From assembly GCA_032718475.1 (NCBI GenBank), contig JAUCBJ010005926.1:1-38725 (forward strand): a stretch of 38,725 nt of DNA, in the 5' to 3' direction. This stretch comes from Nemertoderma westbladi. Lineage: Eukaryota > Animalia > Xenacoelomorpha. The stretch's first letter is position 1. The number at the start of each line of letters is the position of its first letter. This document shows, in pieces, positions 12,841 through 25,300 of the stretch. The notes under the pieces were generated by a model. The model saw only the letters and a list, made by a program, of their open reading frames with translations. It did not search any database and was not told the origin of the DNA. The position numbers were made by a program, and so were the translations under genes.

Positions 12841-13971
12841 CCTATATGGAATATTGACAAAAAGCGCGCCACACGGATTCTGGTAAAACGAAAAGCGTGC
12901 CAGCCATGACATTCAATGCGCGCCAAATATTGAAATATTGACCATTAAATTTTGCAATTATTGTAATCATTTAACAGTTTATACTGCAGTACCTACGCTA
13001 CAGGCATAAAGCTAGACCCACTTCTACAGTATTTGAACATGAAAATGCGAGCGAAGCAAGCAAGAAATTTTTACAGAAATGTAAACATGAATAGGTGTAC
13101 AGTAATACTGTAATATTCAGATACTAGGTCAACAGACAGACCGACTATTTTTAAATACAGATGTGATTAAATTGCAAGCGTAGCGAGCAAGAAAATTTTA
13201 ACATTTTTGGTTCAACCGACTATTTTTTACCTACAGATGTGATTATGGATTACATGCTGACATGGGAGTGTAGCGACAGAGCGAGCAATGGTGGTTTTAG
13301 GCTACAGTATATTGGTGTGAACAATTGAAAAACCTTTCAAACAACTCATATTTTGAAAGACATGAAAACTTTGGCCTGATTGGCCCTGATGATTAACGTG
13401 GATTGGATACGGTACCTTCAATGCTCAATCTGTCGGTTTGTCCATAATGTGGGAGTGCAAACAGGCAAAACAGTTCCAGGCACGGAACTACTTCTATAGG
13501 TTAATAAACAAATACTGTAATAAAATATCACTGTATGTAATCAAATATCCATATTCTATTATAGTTAATAGAATGATGAATAAGAGTACTGTAGAGCGTA
13601 CAGTACAGCAGTAGGCAGGCATAATATACAAACACGAGCAAAGTGAGCGAAAATTTTTAAGGCCTAGGCCTAACTCTTTTTAAAAACAGACTCTACTGGT
13701 AGACCGATATAATTTCAAGTAGAGTGGCTGGATATGCTGCCATGCCAATGTATTTTTTCCTACTGTACATGACATCAATTTCCGCGCCAGGATCCTCAAT
13801 GCGCGCCACACGCCCCTGTTCCTTCACGCCAGGATCCTAAATGCGCGCCACACGCCCCTGTTCCTTCGCGCCAGGATCCTAAATGCGCGCCACACGCCCC
13901 TGTTCTTTCGCGCCAGGATCCTAAATGCGCGCCACACATGTTGAGCAAACTCTACATAAATTCTAACCTGG
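12841..13971 (-). mobile_element. Unclassified 8-bp-TSD DNA element, copy B (inverted relative to copy A)
   Basis: TSD TATCCACC at 12833-12840 and 13972-13979. Reverse complement of 10575-11707 with one extra 39-bp subterminal unit. Confidence 0.85.
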
Positions 13972-14070
13972 TATCCACCTAACATAATAGCAGAGTGAAT
14001 ATTCCCATACGATTTGAATGCCACACAGTGCAACCAGATCAAATCAGAACCAGAACGTGTAACCAGAACC

Positions 14071-15517
14071 AAATTTCATCAAAATCGTTAGAGTAGTTTT
14101 GGTTGTAGATGAGCCAGCCAGTCAGCCGGTCAATCAATCAGCCAACAATTCTTACAGTAATCAAGTCTTACGACTTTTTTAAACATACAGTCTCCACAGT
14201 ATTAAATTTTGGCATTAATGTAGCCATTTCGAAACCACGCTGGTGCGATGCGCGATATCGTGTTTAGTTAATAAATTGAAAACTCCATCAGTTCATGTGC
14301 AACCAGTAATAAGAAATCGCGATAAATGTAATTAAATAAAAATTATTCTAGAAAAATTTTCCTCAAAAAGTATGAAGTCTTGGCATTGGTGACGCGAAAC
14401 TAGGCTAGTGAGATTCAGGATATTGCGTTTAATATAAAAATAGAAAACGCTATCGAATTCCGTAAAGGCGTTAATAAAATACTGCAACTTTTTTGAAATT
14501 TGTAAAATTCTAGAACTAGAAAAAATTAATTTTTGAACGGCGCTGTTTGTTAGGCTGAAAGAGGATATCGAATTAAGTTGAAAAATGAAAACCCCATCGA
14601 ATTTGGACAAAGCGTTCCGGAGTTATAGCGGATCGAAAAAAATTGACCCCCCCCCAGTCGCCAAAAATTTACAGTAATTAAAAAAAAAATTTTGCGTTAT
14701 TTTTGATGGCAAATCGATTGGCAGTACTGGCTACGAAAAAATTTTTTTTGAAATTTTTGGTCAGAAAAAAAAACATGGGAAAAGTATATTTTTAAAAGAT
14801 TTGTCTTTGCCTATGGTCAGAGAATGATCCAACTCTGTAACTTGGCAATCGCTCAAATCCATTCAGCTGAATGGCACTAAGTAAACTAAAAGTAAATTCC
14901 CTATACAATGTTCTGAAGGGGAGACTGACAGAGAGTAATCCAACAATAAAACATTTTGCAATAATGTTGGCATTAATGTAGCCAACACACTGTGTACTTA
15001 AGTCATTCAGCTTACATTAGCAGAGTGAGATATTCCCATAGATTGCATTGGGAAGAGTAATTCAGCTGAGGCGATAATAGATTTCAAACTAAACCAACCA
15101 CCAGTCAATGTTTGCTTTGACAGAGAGTGCAGGGCCTGAACAAACAGTATGGGTGTACTAAGTATAATAATCTTGGCAACCTCATCGATTTATACTAAGC
15201 CTTGTGTAGAAATCCATTACATAAGCCATTTTTCATCAAGATACCAGCTGTTATTTGTGTTATTTTACCATTGCGCCTATGGCGTTTTTTCGTTTATGTC
15301 TATTTTTCGAGCCCACGGCTCATGGACGAAATAGCGGAACATACCAGGGACCTTAGAATCGCGGTATCCAGCCGCTGTGAAAATTTCATCAAAATCGTTA
15401 GAGTAGTTTTGGCTGTAGATTAGCCAGTCAATCAATCAATCAATCAGCAAACAATTCTTACAGTAATGAACCTCTCGGTTCCTAAAATTCTTACAGTAAT
15501 GAACCTCTCGGTTCCTA
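14071..15517 (-). mobile_element. 3'-truncated HINE/DINE-1-like copy (14228-15517) plus a further 5' fragment (14071-14161)
   Basis: 14228-15517 is nearly identical to about 15721-17015 and has a short terminal duplication at about 15453-15517. The aaatttcatcaaaatcgttagagtagtttt + microsatellite block recurs at 14071, 15381 and about 16904. Confidence 0.75.
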
Positions 15518-17016
15518 ACTAGTGACGGGCCTAGCGGCCCGATAAGGAACCGACTTTTTATTTTAAATAAAAGAGACAACGAGAATTAGTATAGAACTAA
15601 TAATTATGTAAAAATACAATCATATTTCATACAATAATTATTAATAAATTCGATCTATTATTAGTTGCTCAATTCTAGAACAAAATCGACCTGCAACTAG
15701 TGAAGACCTCGTTTTGGAATTTCGAAACCACGCTGGTGCGATGCGCGATATCGTGTTTAGTTAATAAAGTGAAAACTCCATCAATTCATGTGCAACCAGT
15801 AATAAGAAATCGCGATAAATGTAATTTGAATAAAAATTATTCTAGAAAAATTTTCCTCAAAAAGTATGAAGTCTTGGCATTGGTGACGCGAAACTAGGCT
15901 AGTGAGATTCAGGATATTGCGTTTAATATAAAAATCGAAAACGCTATCGAATTCCGTAAAGGCGTTAATAAAATACTGCAACTTTTTTGAAATTTGTAAA
16001 ATTCTAGAACTAGAAAAAATTAATTTTTGAACGGCGCTGTTTGGGGTTTCGAAACATGGATAGGCTGAAAGAGGACATCGAATTAAGTTGAAAAATGAAA
16101 ACCCCATCGAATTTGGACAAAGCGTTCCGGAGTTATAGCGGATCGAAAAAAATTGACCCCCCCCAGTCGCCAAAAATTTACAGTAATTTAAAATTTTGCA
16201 AAAAAAATTTTTTGCGTTATTTTTGATGGCAAATCGATTGACAGTACTGGCTATGAAAAAATTTTTTTGAAATTTTTGGTCAGAAAAAAAAACATGGAAA
16301 AAGTATCTTTTTAAAGATTTGATGTCTTTGCCTATGGTCAGAGAATGATCCAACTCTGTAACTTGGCAATCGCTCAAATCCATTCAGCTGAATGGCACAG
16401 TAGAGTAAACTAAAGTAAATTCCCTATACAATGTTCCGAAGGGGAGACTGACAGAGAGTAATCCAACAATAAAACATTTTGCAATAATGTTGGCATTAAT
16501 GTAGCCAACTCACTGTGTATGTAACAGTCATTCAGCTTACATTAGCAGAGTGAGATATTCCCATAGATTGCATTGGGAAGAGTAATTCAGCTGAGGCGAT
16601 ATTAGATTTCAAACTAAACCAACCAGTTAATATTTGCTTTGACAGAGTGTCCTAGGGCCTAAACAAACAGTATGGGTGTACTAAGTACAATAATCTTGGC
16701 AACCTCATCGATTTATACTAAGCCTTGTGTAGAAATCCATTACATAAGCCATTTTTCATCAGGACACCAGCTGTCATGGGTGTTATTTTACCATTGCGCC
16801 TATGGCGTTTTTTCGTTTATCTCTATTTTTCGAGCCCAGAGGCTATGGACGGAGTAGCCGATCATGCCAGGGACCTTAGAATCGCGGTATCTAGATGCTG
16901 TGAAAATTTCATCAAAATCGTTAGAGTAGTTTTGGCTGTAGATCAGCCAGTCAGCCAGCCAGCCAGCCAGCCAGTCAGCTAACAATTCTTACAGTAATGA
17001 ACCTCTCGGTTCCTAA
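15518..17016 (-). mobile_element. Full-length non-autonomous Helentron-type element (HINE/DINE-1-like), about 1.5 kb
   Basis: On the minus strand: 5' TTAGGAACCGA subTIR, a (GGCT)n microsatellite near the 5' end, 3' subTIR TCGGTTCCT, stem-loop CGGGCC-GCTA-GGCCCG (15526-15541) and terminal CTAGTT. No TSD seen. Confidence 0.75.
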
Positions 17017-17549
17017 TTAAATCATGGTCTGTAAAAGTATTAGAAGCCAATACTAAATGATTACGAATCAAAACAGCAACACCCCCTCTATGAATGTGTG
17101 TAGCGTAGGTTGACGATATGGCAACTGAAATCCCGGGACGGCAAAATTAAACCCTATTTTTAATTCTTAAAACCACAACATCGAACTGTAAGAATAAACC
17201 GTCACCTTCAAGGCAGAACCCCCTAAGTCGATTTTTTTCTATTTTCATGTTTTTGACTTTTTGGGTAATTCGATATCGGCTTTTTCGTCTGGCAGAACCC
17301 CGAAGCTTTTCTACCAGCCATTTTTGAGTTATAAGCCAAAGACAGTTCCCCGTAACTTATGCCCACTTCGAGGCAGAACCCCACAAGTCAATAATTGGCT
17401 TGCAAAACACCGTAAACTCAAGTATATGAAATTCAGTCCACCTGGCAAAACCCCTTAAATCAGAAATAACAACCTGTAAAAACCCCTTAAATCAGAAACA
17501 ATAGCCTGGCAAAACCCCGTAATTTATCATTACTGGTTTGTATTGCGGC

Positions 17550-17625
17550 CAGGACACAAATATTATATTAATGAGGGACACAAACATTATTGAGGGACGC
17601 AAACATTAATGAGGGACACAAAACA
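17550..17625 (-). repeat. Short inverted block of the 19-bp satellite
   Basis: attaatgagggacacaaac units are the reverse complement of the array at 18220-20548. Confidence 0.75.
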
Positions 17626-18219
17626 GTAATAGGGGTCCATGGTTGCCAATGGATATTAAAATTGCGATGGTGATGCTTGCCATCAGACGATCAGATATTA
17701 AGTGATTAACTGGAAAAAATACTACCAAGGTAACGTGAGCTTCGATCAAAGTACCGCCGTTTTGTATACATTCCATCTTCCTAATTAGATGGAAATTAAT
17801 TGAAAGCGACGTTCGGTTACGTTGTTCAGCCGCCTGTTTTGCTGCTACCCCCCCCCCCCCCCCCCCTCCCCCCCGGCTGTTATACCCCCATATTTTCAAT
17901 TTACCTCCTACCACCACCATTCATGTTACCACCCCCCCCCCCCCCCCACATTCCTGTCTCCCCCTCATGTTCATCATTTTTTTACTACTACTCCTTCCCT
18001 TTTTAGTAACAACATCGTTTATTGTTTTGGTTAGAAAAACCATCTCTGTAACCTGATCCTTTCCTTCAATTGGCAATAACATAGTTTATTGGTTTGGTCA
18101 GATTAATATTTTATTATTTCTTGTTATTTTATTGCTTGACAGCAAATTGTAATACTGTAATATATTGTATGTGTATGGGTGGTAACATGAATCATACTAA
18201 GTGCGAAGGGCGATAGTGT

Positions 18220-20548
18220 CCATGATTAATGTTTGTGCCCTTGATTGATATCTGTCCCTCGTTTATTGTTTGTGTCCCTCATTAATGTTTGTCTATCTCA
18301 TTAATGTTTGTGTCCCTCATTAATGTTTGTGTCCCTCATTAATGTTTGTGTATCTCATTAATGTTTGTGTACCTCATTAATTTTTGTGTCCCTCATTAAT
18401 GTTTCTGTCCCTCATTAATGTTTGTGTACCTCATTAATTTTTGCGTCCCTCATTAATGTTTCTGTCCCTCATTAATGTTTGCGTCCCTCATTAATGTTTG
18501 TGTCCCTCATTATTGTTTGTGTCCCTCATTAATGTTTATGCCCTTGATTGATATCTGTCCCTCGTTTATTGTTTGTGTCCCTGATTAATGTTTGTATATC
18601 TCATTAATGTTTGTGTCCCCCATTAATGTTTGTGTCCCTCATTAATGTTTGTGTACCTCATTAATGTTTGTGTCCCTCATTAATGAGTACTTCATTAATG
18701 TTTGTGTACCTCATCAATGTTTGTGTCCCTCATTAACCCTATTACCACTGGGGGGGGGGGGGGGGGGGGGGGCCGAATCGGCCCCTTCCTAGTTTTTAGT
18801 TGCTGTAACTATGCACCCACATTACGTACCGGCCCAATTTTTTGTGAGAATTAGTCAAATTTAATGCCGCATCTTTTGCAAAAAACGCCGTTGCAATTGG
18901 ATTTCTACTTTTCGATGTGGGTGCCACCTCAAAATTTGGTCTCCTGCACCAAATTTTTTGAAATTTTCGAATTTTACAAAGTCATTCGTGATTTAGTAAT
19001 TATTTGTGTTTGGGCTATTTTTATTTATTTTCATTGGTTTGGATCACTCTAATGCTCTATACAAGTATGTAAGTGTAGTGGTACGTCATTTTTGGAGCAC
19101 CAAATTTAGGGCGTGGCACTTTAAAATTTCAAAATTACTTTATTCGGAAAATTTACTAAAGTTCTGATTTCGAAGCATTTTTATTGGTTTTCTGGAGCGC
19201 TGAATCGATTAAAAGTAGTATAGAAGCCTGAAGACTTAGTGGTTCGCCATTTTTGGTGCACTAAAATTAGGGTGTGGCACTTCAAATTTTGAAAAATACG
19301 AGATTCGGAAAATACACTGAAGTTTTGATTTGCAAAGCATTTTTATAGGTTTTCTGGAGCGCTGAATTGATTGAAAGTAATATAGAAGCCTGAAGACTTA
19401 GTGGTTCGCCATTTTTGGTGCACCAAAATTAGGGCGTGACACTTCAAATTTTGAAAAATACGAGATTCGAAAAATTCACTAAAGTTTTGATTTTAAATTA
19501 ATTTTATAGGTTTTCTGGAGCGCTGAATCGATTGAAAGTAATATAGAACCCTGAAGACTTAGTGGTTCGCCATTTTCGGTGCACCAAAATTAGGGCGTGG
19601 CACTTCAAATTTTCAAAATTACTTTATTCGGAAAAAACACTAAAGTTTTGATTTCAAAAAATGGCTAACTTCTAAATCTTCAGGCTTTTCTATATTACTT
19701 TCAATCGATTCAGCGGTCTGGAAAACCTATATAAATTCGTTAAAATTTCAATTTCGGTTTATTTTCCGAATCTCGTATTTTTCAAAATTTGAAGTGCCAC
19801 GCCCTAATTTTGGTGCACCAAAAATGGCTAACCACTCAGTCTTCAGGCTTCTATATTACTTTCAATCGATTCAGCGGCCCAGAAAACCCATAAAGATGCG
19901 TTGAAATAAAAAAATTAGGGGCATTTTCTGAATATCTAATTTTTCAAAATTTGAAGTGCCACGCCCACTTCTTATGTGCACGAAAAATAGCATCCACTTC
20001 AATTTTTGGAAGTGGAATATAATCACATTCGATTCAGCGTCTTGAAAAACCTACTAAATCTAGCCAACACTGCCACACTATTAGTTTTTAGAAAACGAAA
20101 AATTTTGTAATTTTGTCCTGGGACTACTTTTATTTTTCATCAAAATTATGAGTCCCTGCTTATGAAATTTTAACTTTTTAAGGTTTGGTAGTGTTCATCT
20201 ATAGCTGTTTCACCAACAGCCCAAATTTTGTAGGATTTCATTGGACGACTACAAAAATATAGTGGGTGGGCCGAATCGGCCCCCCCCCAGTGCTGCTAAT
20301 GGTCAAAACACCCCAGTGGTAATAGGGTTAATGTTTGTGTCCCTTATTAATGTTTGTGTCCTTCATTATTGTTTGTATCCCTCATTAATGTTTGTGTCCC
20401 TCATTAATGTTTGTGTCCTATATCAATCTTTATGTCCCACAATAATGTTTGTGTCCTACATCAATGTTTATGTCTCACATTAATGTTTGTCCCACATTAA
20501 TGTTTGTGGCGCTGATAAATATCTGTCCCTCATTTAATGTTTGTGTCC
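18220..20548 (+). repeat. 19-bp minisatellite (CATTAATGTTTGTGTCCCT)n interrupted by a piggyBac-type element
   Basis: Tandem units at about 18220-18736 and 20328-20548; the phase is continuous across the insertion. Confidence 0.9.
18737..20327. mobile_element. Non-autonomous piggyBac-type transposon
   Basis: TTAA TSD (18733-18736 and 20328-20331), 17-bp TIR CCCTATTACCACTGGGG, GGGCCGAATCGGCCCC near both ends, and internal ~121-bp repeats, direct (about 19090-19660) then inverted (about 19660-20050). Confidence 0.9.
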
Positions 20549-21269
20549 AAGTTGCTATAAGTTACTCTAAGTTGCCGGACGTTTTGGACTACTTGGTCAT
20601 CAGCTAGCAACTTAATTTGAGTAACATTAACTTTTAGTCTCCGTTATATGAGGCATCTTTTACAGCAACAAACTTCGCGTTTACATAGAGCAACTTGATC
20701 GGCAACCTGACATGCTCACTAAGTTGCTGATAGAGTTGTTCAAAATGTTGCCACGTACTGTAGAAAAAACAGGTCTTTAATTATTCGTCATGACGTACTG
20801 TAAGTGAACTTTACTTTAACTTTAACATAGCTGTAACCCTGTAGATAGACATTGTTCTTACAGTAGAGTACCACCCATGGCTATATTTTGTACTTAGAGT
20901 TCCGCTTTCTTGAATCTAAATTTTGTTCTTATAGATCTGCATTTGGCTATATTTTATTCAATTTGTATTGATACATGATTCTAACTACAGTCCCGCACTT
21001 ATTTTAAAAGCAATTTATACCAAAATATCAAAAACTTATGGAGCCCTTTAGAATTTTGAACAATTAAAATTTCCAACATGTGCGCAAGTGTGTCATCTAT
21101 ATTGTATGTGATTATTTGTTATTATTGCGTTTACAGGTAATACTAACACCTGATCATGTGCTAGTTAACATGTTAGATAGCACGTATTAGCTAATAACAA
21201 ATGCGCACATGTATTACGTGCGCACTACGCACTAAATAATTAAGGACGTACGATACGCCTTGGCTATTA

Positions 21270-21465
21270 TTTGATATATTTTGCGTATTTTTTGTAAAAA
21301 TTCGGACTTATGGTGTTTTGCCAAATTGAGGATACCTTGTTTTCTAGGCAATACCCCGCAACTATCGTATAGTTACGGGATAATACCAGAAAATGGTGTT
21401 CCCCTTTGTTTTGGCAAAACACCATAAGTCAGAATTTTTACAAAAAAACCGCAATATATTTCAAA
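21270..21465. repeat. Imperfect ~195-bp palindrome (MITE-like)
   Basis: tttgtaaaaattcggacttatggtgttttgccaaa pairs with tttggcaaaacaccataagtcagaatttttacaaa, centred on actatcgtatagt. Confidence 0.75.
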
Positions 21466-21858
21466 GGTAATTCTAAATCAAATTGAAAGTTTAGGTATAT
21501 GAATTCTATATATATTTAGTTATTAAAAAACACAATAACAAGTAAACTGAGGCATCTCTCTAAAAAATAAACAGTTTTTATCGATTATCTCAGAACTACA
21601 AACATCGACTTAGGGGGTCCTGCCTTGAAGGTGACGAAACGAAGTACGGATTGTTGTAAGTATTTCTCTCCAAATTCCACCGCAGTTCCATGGAATGACA
21701 TGAGAGGGTATTCTCTAGTTCCCGCCGCTAAAACGGGGGACAAAACGGTAAATTATTGCGTCATTGCGATAAACAACCCGTTCCTTCTCGTCGAAACGGA
21801 TATTGGCGTTTATATTATTTTTACCCCTCGTGTTAAAACAACTGGAAAAACAACAAAA

Positions 21859-21951
21859 GTAAGTAATGTTTCCATAAGTAATGTTTCTATAAGTAATGTT
21901 TCCATAAGTAATGTTTCTATAAGTAATGTTTCCATAAGTAATGTTTCTATA
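21859..21951 (+). repeat. 15-bp tandem repeat, about 6 copies (AAGTAATGTTTCYAT)
   Basis: Directly visible; C and T variants alternate, giving a 30-bp higher-order unit. Confidence 0.9.
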
Positions 21952-22206
21952 CAAGTAAAAGGGCCCACTATGAATTAACAAATTGATTTAAAGCGAACCC
22001 AATATAATGTCCCACGTTGTATTAATTTACTGTAATGCTACAATTATTGTGCAATTAAATAAGCTATTCATATGGATATATCATGCTTCCTACGGATAAA
22101 ATTCATACATGTGTATAATAATTGGGTTGCAATCAGTACGGAATATACGCCGCTTTGAAGTAAAGCAAACAGTGTTTGCTACCATGGCAATTATTTCCCT
22201 AAAAAC

Positions 22207-22214
22207 TATAAATA
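22207..22214 (+). promoter_or_regulatory. Candidate TATA box of the CUB-ShKT gene
   Basis: TATAAATA begins 93 nt upstream of the ATG at 22300. The context is AT-rich, so a chance match is possible. Confidence 0.45.
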
Positions 22215-22299
22215 GACCCGATTTGAAACGGAAAATAAAGTTAAATTTCATTTATCAGTATTAAACGTATCAACAAACTCCAACAACAAACCAACGACG

Positions 22300-22381
22300 A
22301 TGTTGTGGCTAATCTTACTAGCTACCCTACCTCTCCACGCACTCTGTGGTTCCTCCTGGTCGGACACCGCAACTGGCATTA
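22300..22381 (+). CDS. Exon 1: signal peptide MLWLILLATLPLHALCGSSWSDTATGI
   Basis: Hydrophobic N-terminus; donor GTAAGT at 22382; phase 1 matches exon 2. Confidence 0.8.
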
Positions 22382-25300
22382 GTAAGTATTATCTTTGCTA
22401 ATAGTTATTATTCTAATTGTGTGGTTATACCTTCATAAAATTTGTCAACGATTTGTCAATTGTGTTGCTTTGATCATTTTTGGAAAATGTGTGTGAGAAG
22501 TTGTTGATGAAATCAAGCTGGTTACTTCCATTCCGTATGTGCTGATATGTAGCTGTTCATAAGTGATCATATGCGCTGCTACCTGCTATTGGTGTGTGTT
22601 TGCCAATACATGTAAGTGTGCTGTTGATATGTAGTTGCATATGCGTTAATCTGTGGTTGCCTATACGTGTTTGTTGATATGGAGGTGTCGATATGCGGTT
22701 GTATATGCGTTGTGCTGATATTAATGTGTTGATATGGGGTTGCATATGCGTTTGTGCTGATACGGAGGTGTTGATATGTGTTTATCAATGTATGTGTGCT
22801 GATATGGAGCGGTTGATCTGTGTTGGCATATGCGTATGTGGTGATATGAATGTGTTGTTCTGTGGTTGCATATGCATGTGAATTGATATGGAGGTTTTGA
22901 TCTGTGTTTGACGATGCATGTGTTCTGATATGCAGCTGTTCATATGTGGTTGCATATGCGTATGTGGTGTTATGAATGTGTTGTTCTGTGGTTGCATATC
23001 CGTGTGTGCTGATATTGAGGTGTTGGTCTATGGTTGCATATGCATGTGAATTGATATGGAGGTTTTGATCTGTGTTTGTCAATGTATGTGTGCTGATATG
23101 CATCTGTTGATATGTTGTAGCATATGCGTGTATGGTGATATGGAGGAGTGACTCTGTGGTTATGGTCGTGTGTGTTGAAATGGAGGTGTTGATCTGTGGT
23201 TGCAAATGTAGTTGCGCGGATATGGTGCTGTTTATACATGTTTCACAATGGAATGCATGTGGTTGCCTATGCGTGATGACTGAGAAGGAGGAGTTAGTTG
23301 GTCTAGGTTGCATATACGTGTGTGCTGATATGTAGGTAGTAACAATGTGTTGGCAAGCTGTATTTTTCGAGGTGTTTGTTATTATACATTTATAGCTTGC
23401 CATTACAGCTTTCCAACACATTGTTACTATCTATAATAAAAATCTTGAAAGAGATATAATAATAATAATAAATAATAAAAATAAATAATAATAAAAAATA
23501 AAAATAAAAAAGAGCCCCCCTTTATCAACTCTAGCCAACCTCTAGTGTTTTAAAAGATAAGTTATTTTCGGTAAAATAAACTTATTATTGTTAACACAAA
23601 TAAAGGGTGTTATTCTGTGGTGGCATATGCGTGTGTGCTGGATATGGTGGTATTGATATATGGTTGCATATGCATATGCGTGATGACTGATAAGGAAGAT
23701 GTTTTGGTTGTTTATGCAATGCTTGTATTCTGGTAAGTAGTTGTAAGCCATGCAGTTAATCATGCTGTTCCTCCAGTTTGATAAGGATGTCACTTTGTTC
23801 ATAGATGCTTAGATGCGGGTATTGGGAGGTCCACAGCTTTATTATGAAACTGCTCCCTGTGCTATAGACTTCCGGTTATTGTGTTGGACTTTTTGGTTAG
23901 ATTTACATGCCACTTAAATGTTGATTGGAAGGTGAAATTTTTTCATCAGCGAAGAATGTCCGTAGGGGAAGGTTTCTTGTAGATATTATAGTTTCTTGTA
24001 TTAATTTAATAAAAAATATTAAAGGAAAGGATCAGGTTACAGTGGCGGTGTTTTATATCCAAACAATACATGAAACTATATTTCCCTTGCGGTCAAGGTC
24101 AGTAGTATTTTCATTTGCGGTCAATGTGAGCCACAATCTGCAGATTGGCATATGCGAAATTATCTAGGGCCCGATGAATATCGCACCAAATAATTAAAAT
24201 ATGTGGATTATTATGTTGAGTTCAGTTATATTCCATTTATGTATTATATTTCAGCTTGTCCCTCTAACTATTACGATGCAGTTACCGGAACCCTGCTGTC
24301 TCCGAACTATCCCAACTTCTACAGCGGCTATCTGCCTTGCGGGTACCACATCCACGGACCTACTGGTAGTGATATTGTCTTGACCTGGAATTTTTTGGAT
24401 TTGGAATCTGGTTTTGATTATATTTACGTAAGTATACCAACTGCAAAGAGCACCACACTAGCCTCCAATTATACGCATTTCTATATCCTTTTTACCCATA
24501 TTAACTAAAATATCTGATCGTATCATCAACTCACAACTAGTAGCTTACATAAACAAATACTAATACATACATACATAGATCAAGCTTAAACAACTCGACT
24601 GCTATGGGATAAATGGCATTCCTCACCCTTTATACAGTAACTGAACCCACCCGCACACTCGCGATGCGGCATCGCGAGTGTGCGGGTGGGTTCAGTTACT
24701 GTATAAAGGGTGAGGACGATGCGACACTGGCTGGTTTACTTATTATATTACATATCGCTTCTTCTGAATTCTTGTTAATATAAAGTTTTCGTATTCTGTT
24801 TCCTATCGGTGGGGTTCAGAGTCGATTGGATGAAGTGGTAGCAAGAAAGATTAGCTTTTTTTTATGATATCGTACACTTGGTGGAAAGGTTTATCAATAT
24901 CTAACTCCGCTTTGTCTCCTAAAGATGCATTTCACTAGTTTGATGTGGACCTTTTCCACAATTCGCTTTTAAACCATGATTAAGAAACTAAGTGTAGAGT
25001 ACTCATCACACACGCATCAATAAGAAACTAAGTGTAGAGTACTCATCACACACGCATCAGAAACTAAGTGTAGAGTACTCATCACACACGCATCAATAAG
25101 AAACTAAGTGTAGAGTACTCATCACACACGCATCAATAAGAAACTAAGTGTAGAGTACTCATCACACACGCATCAATAAGAAACTAAGTGTAGAGTACTC
25201 ATCACACACGCATCAATAAGAAACTAAGTGTAGAGTACTCATCACACACGCATCAATAAGAAACTAAGTGTAGAGTACTCATCACACACGCATCAATAAG

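Noticed and set aside
15781-16383. 200-aa ORF in the HINE-like element
   Set aside because: No domain motifs, and the adjacent copy has frame-breaking indels.
17848-17948. Poly-C/poly-G runs and poly-Pro/Gly ORFs (also near 204-223, 2130-2149, 3588-3600 and 18750-18772)
   Set aside because: Homopolymers associated with repeat ends; their lengths are unreliable and there is no coding evidence.
22557-23421. His/Thr-rich minus-strand ORFs (up to 280 aa)
   Set aside because: Translation of a degenerate intronic minisatellite.
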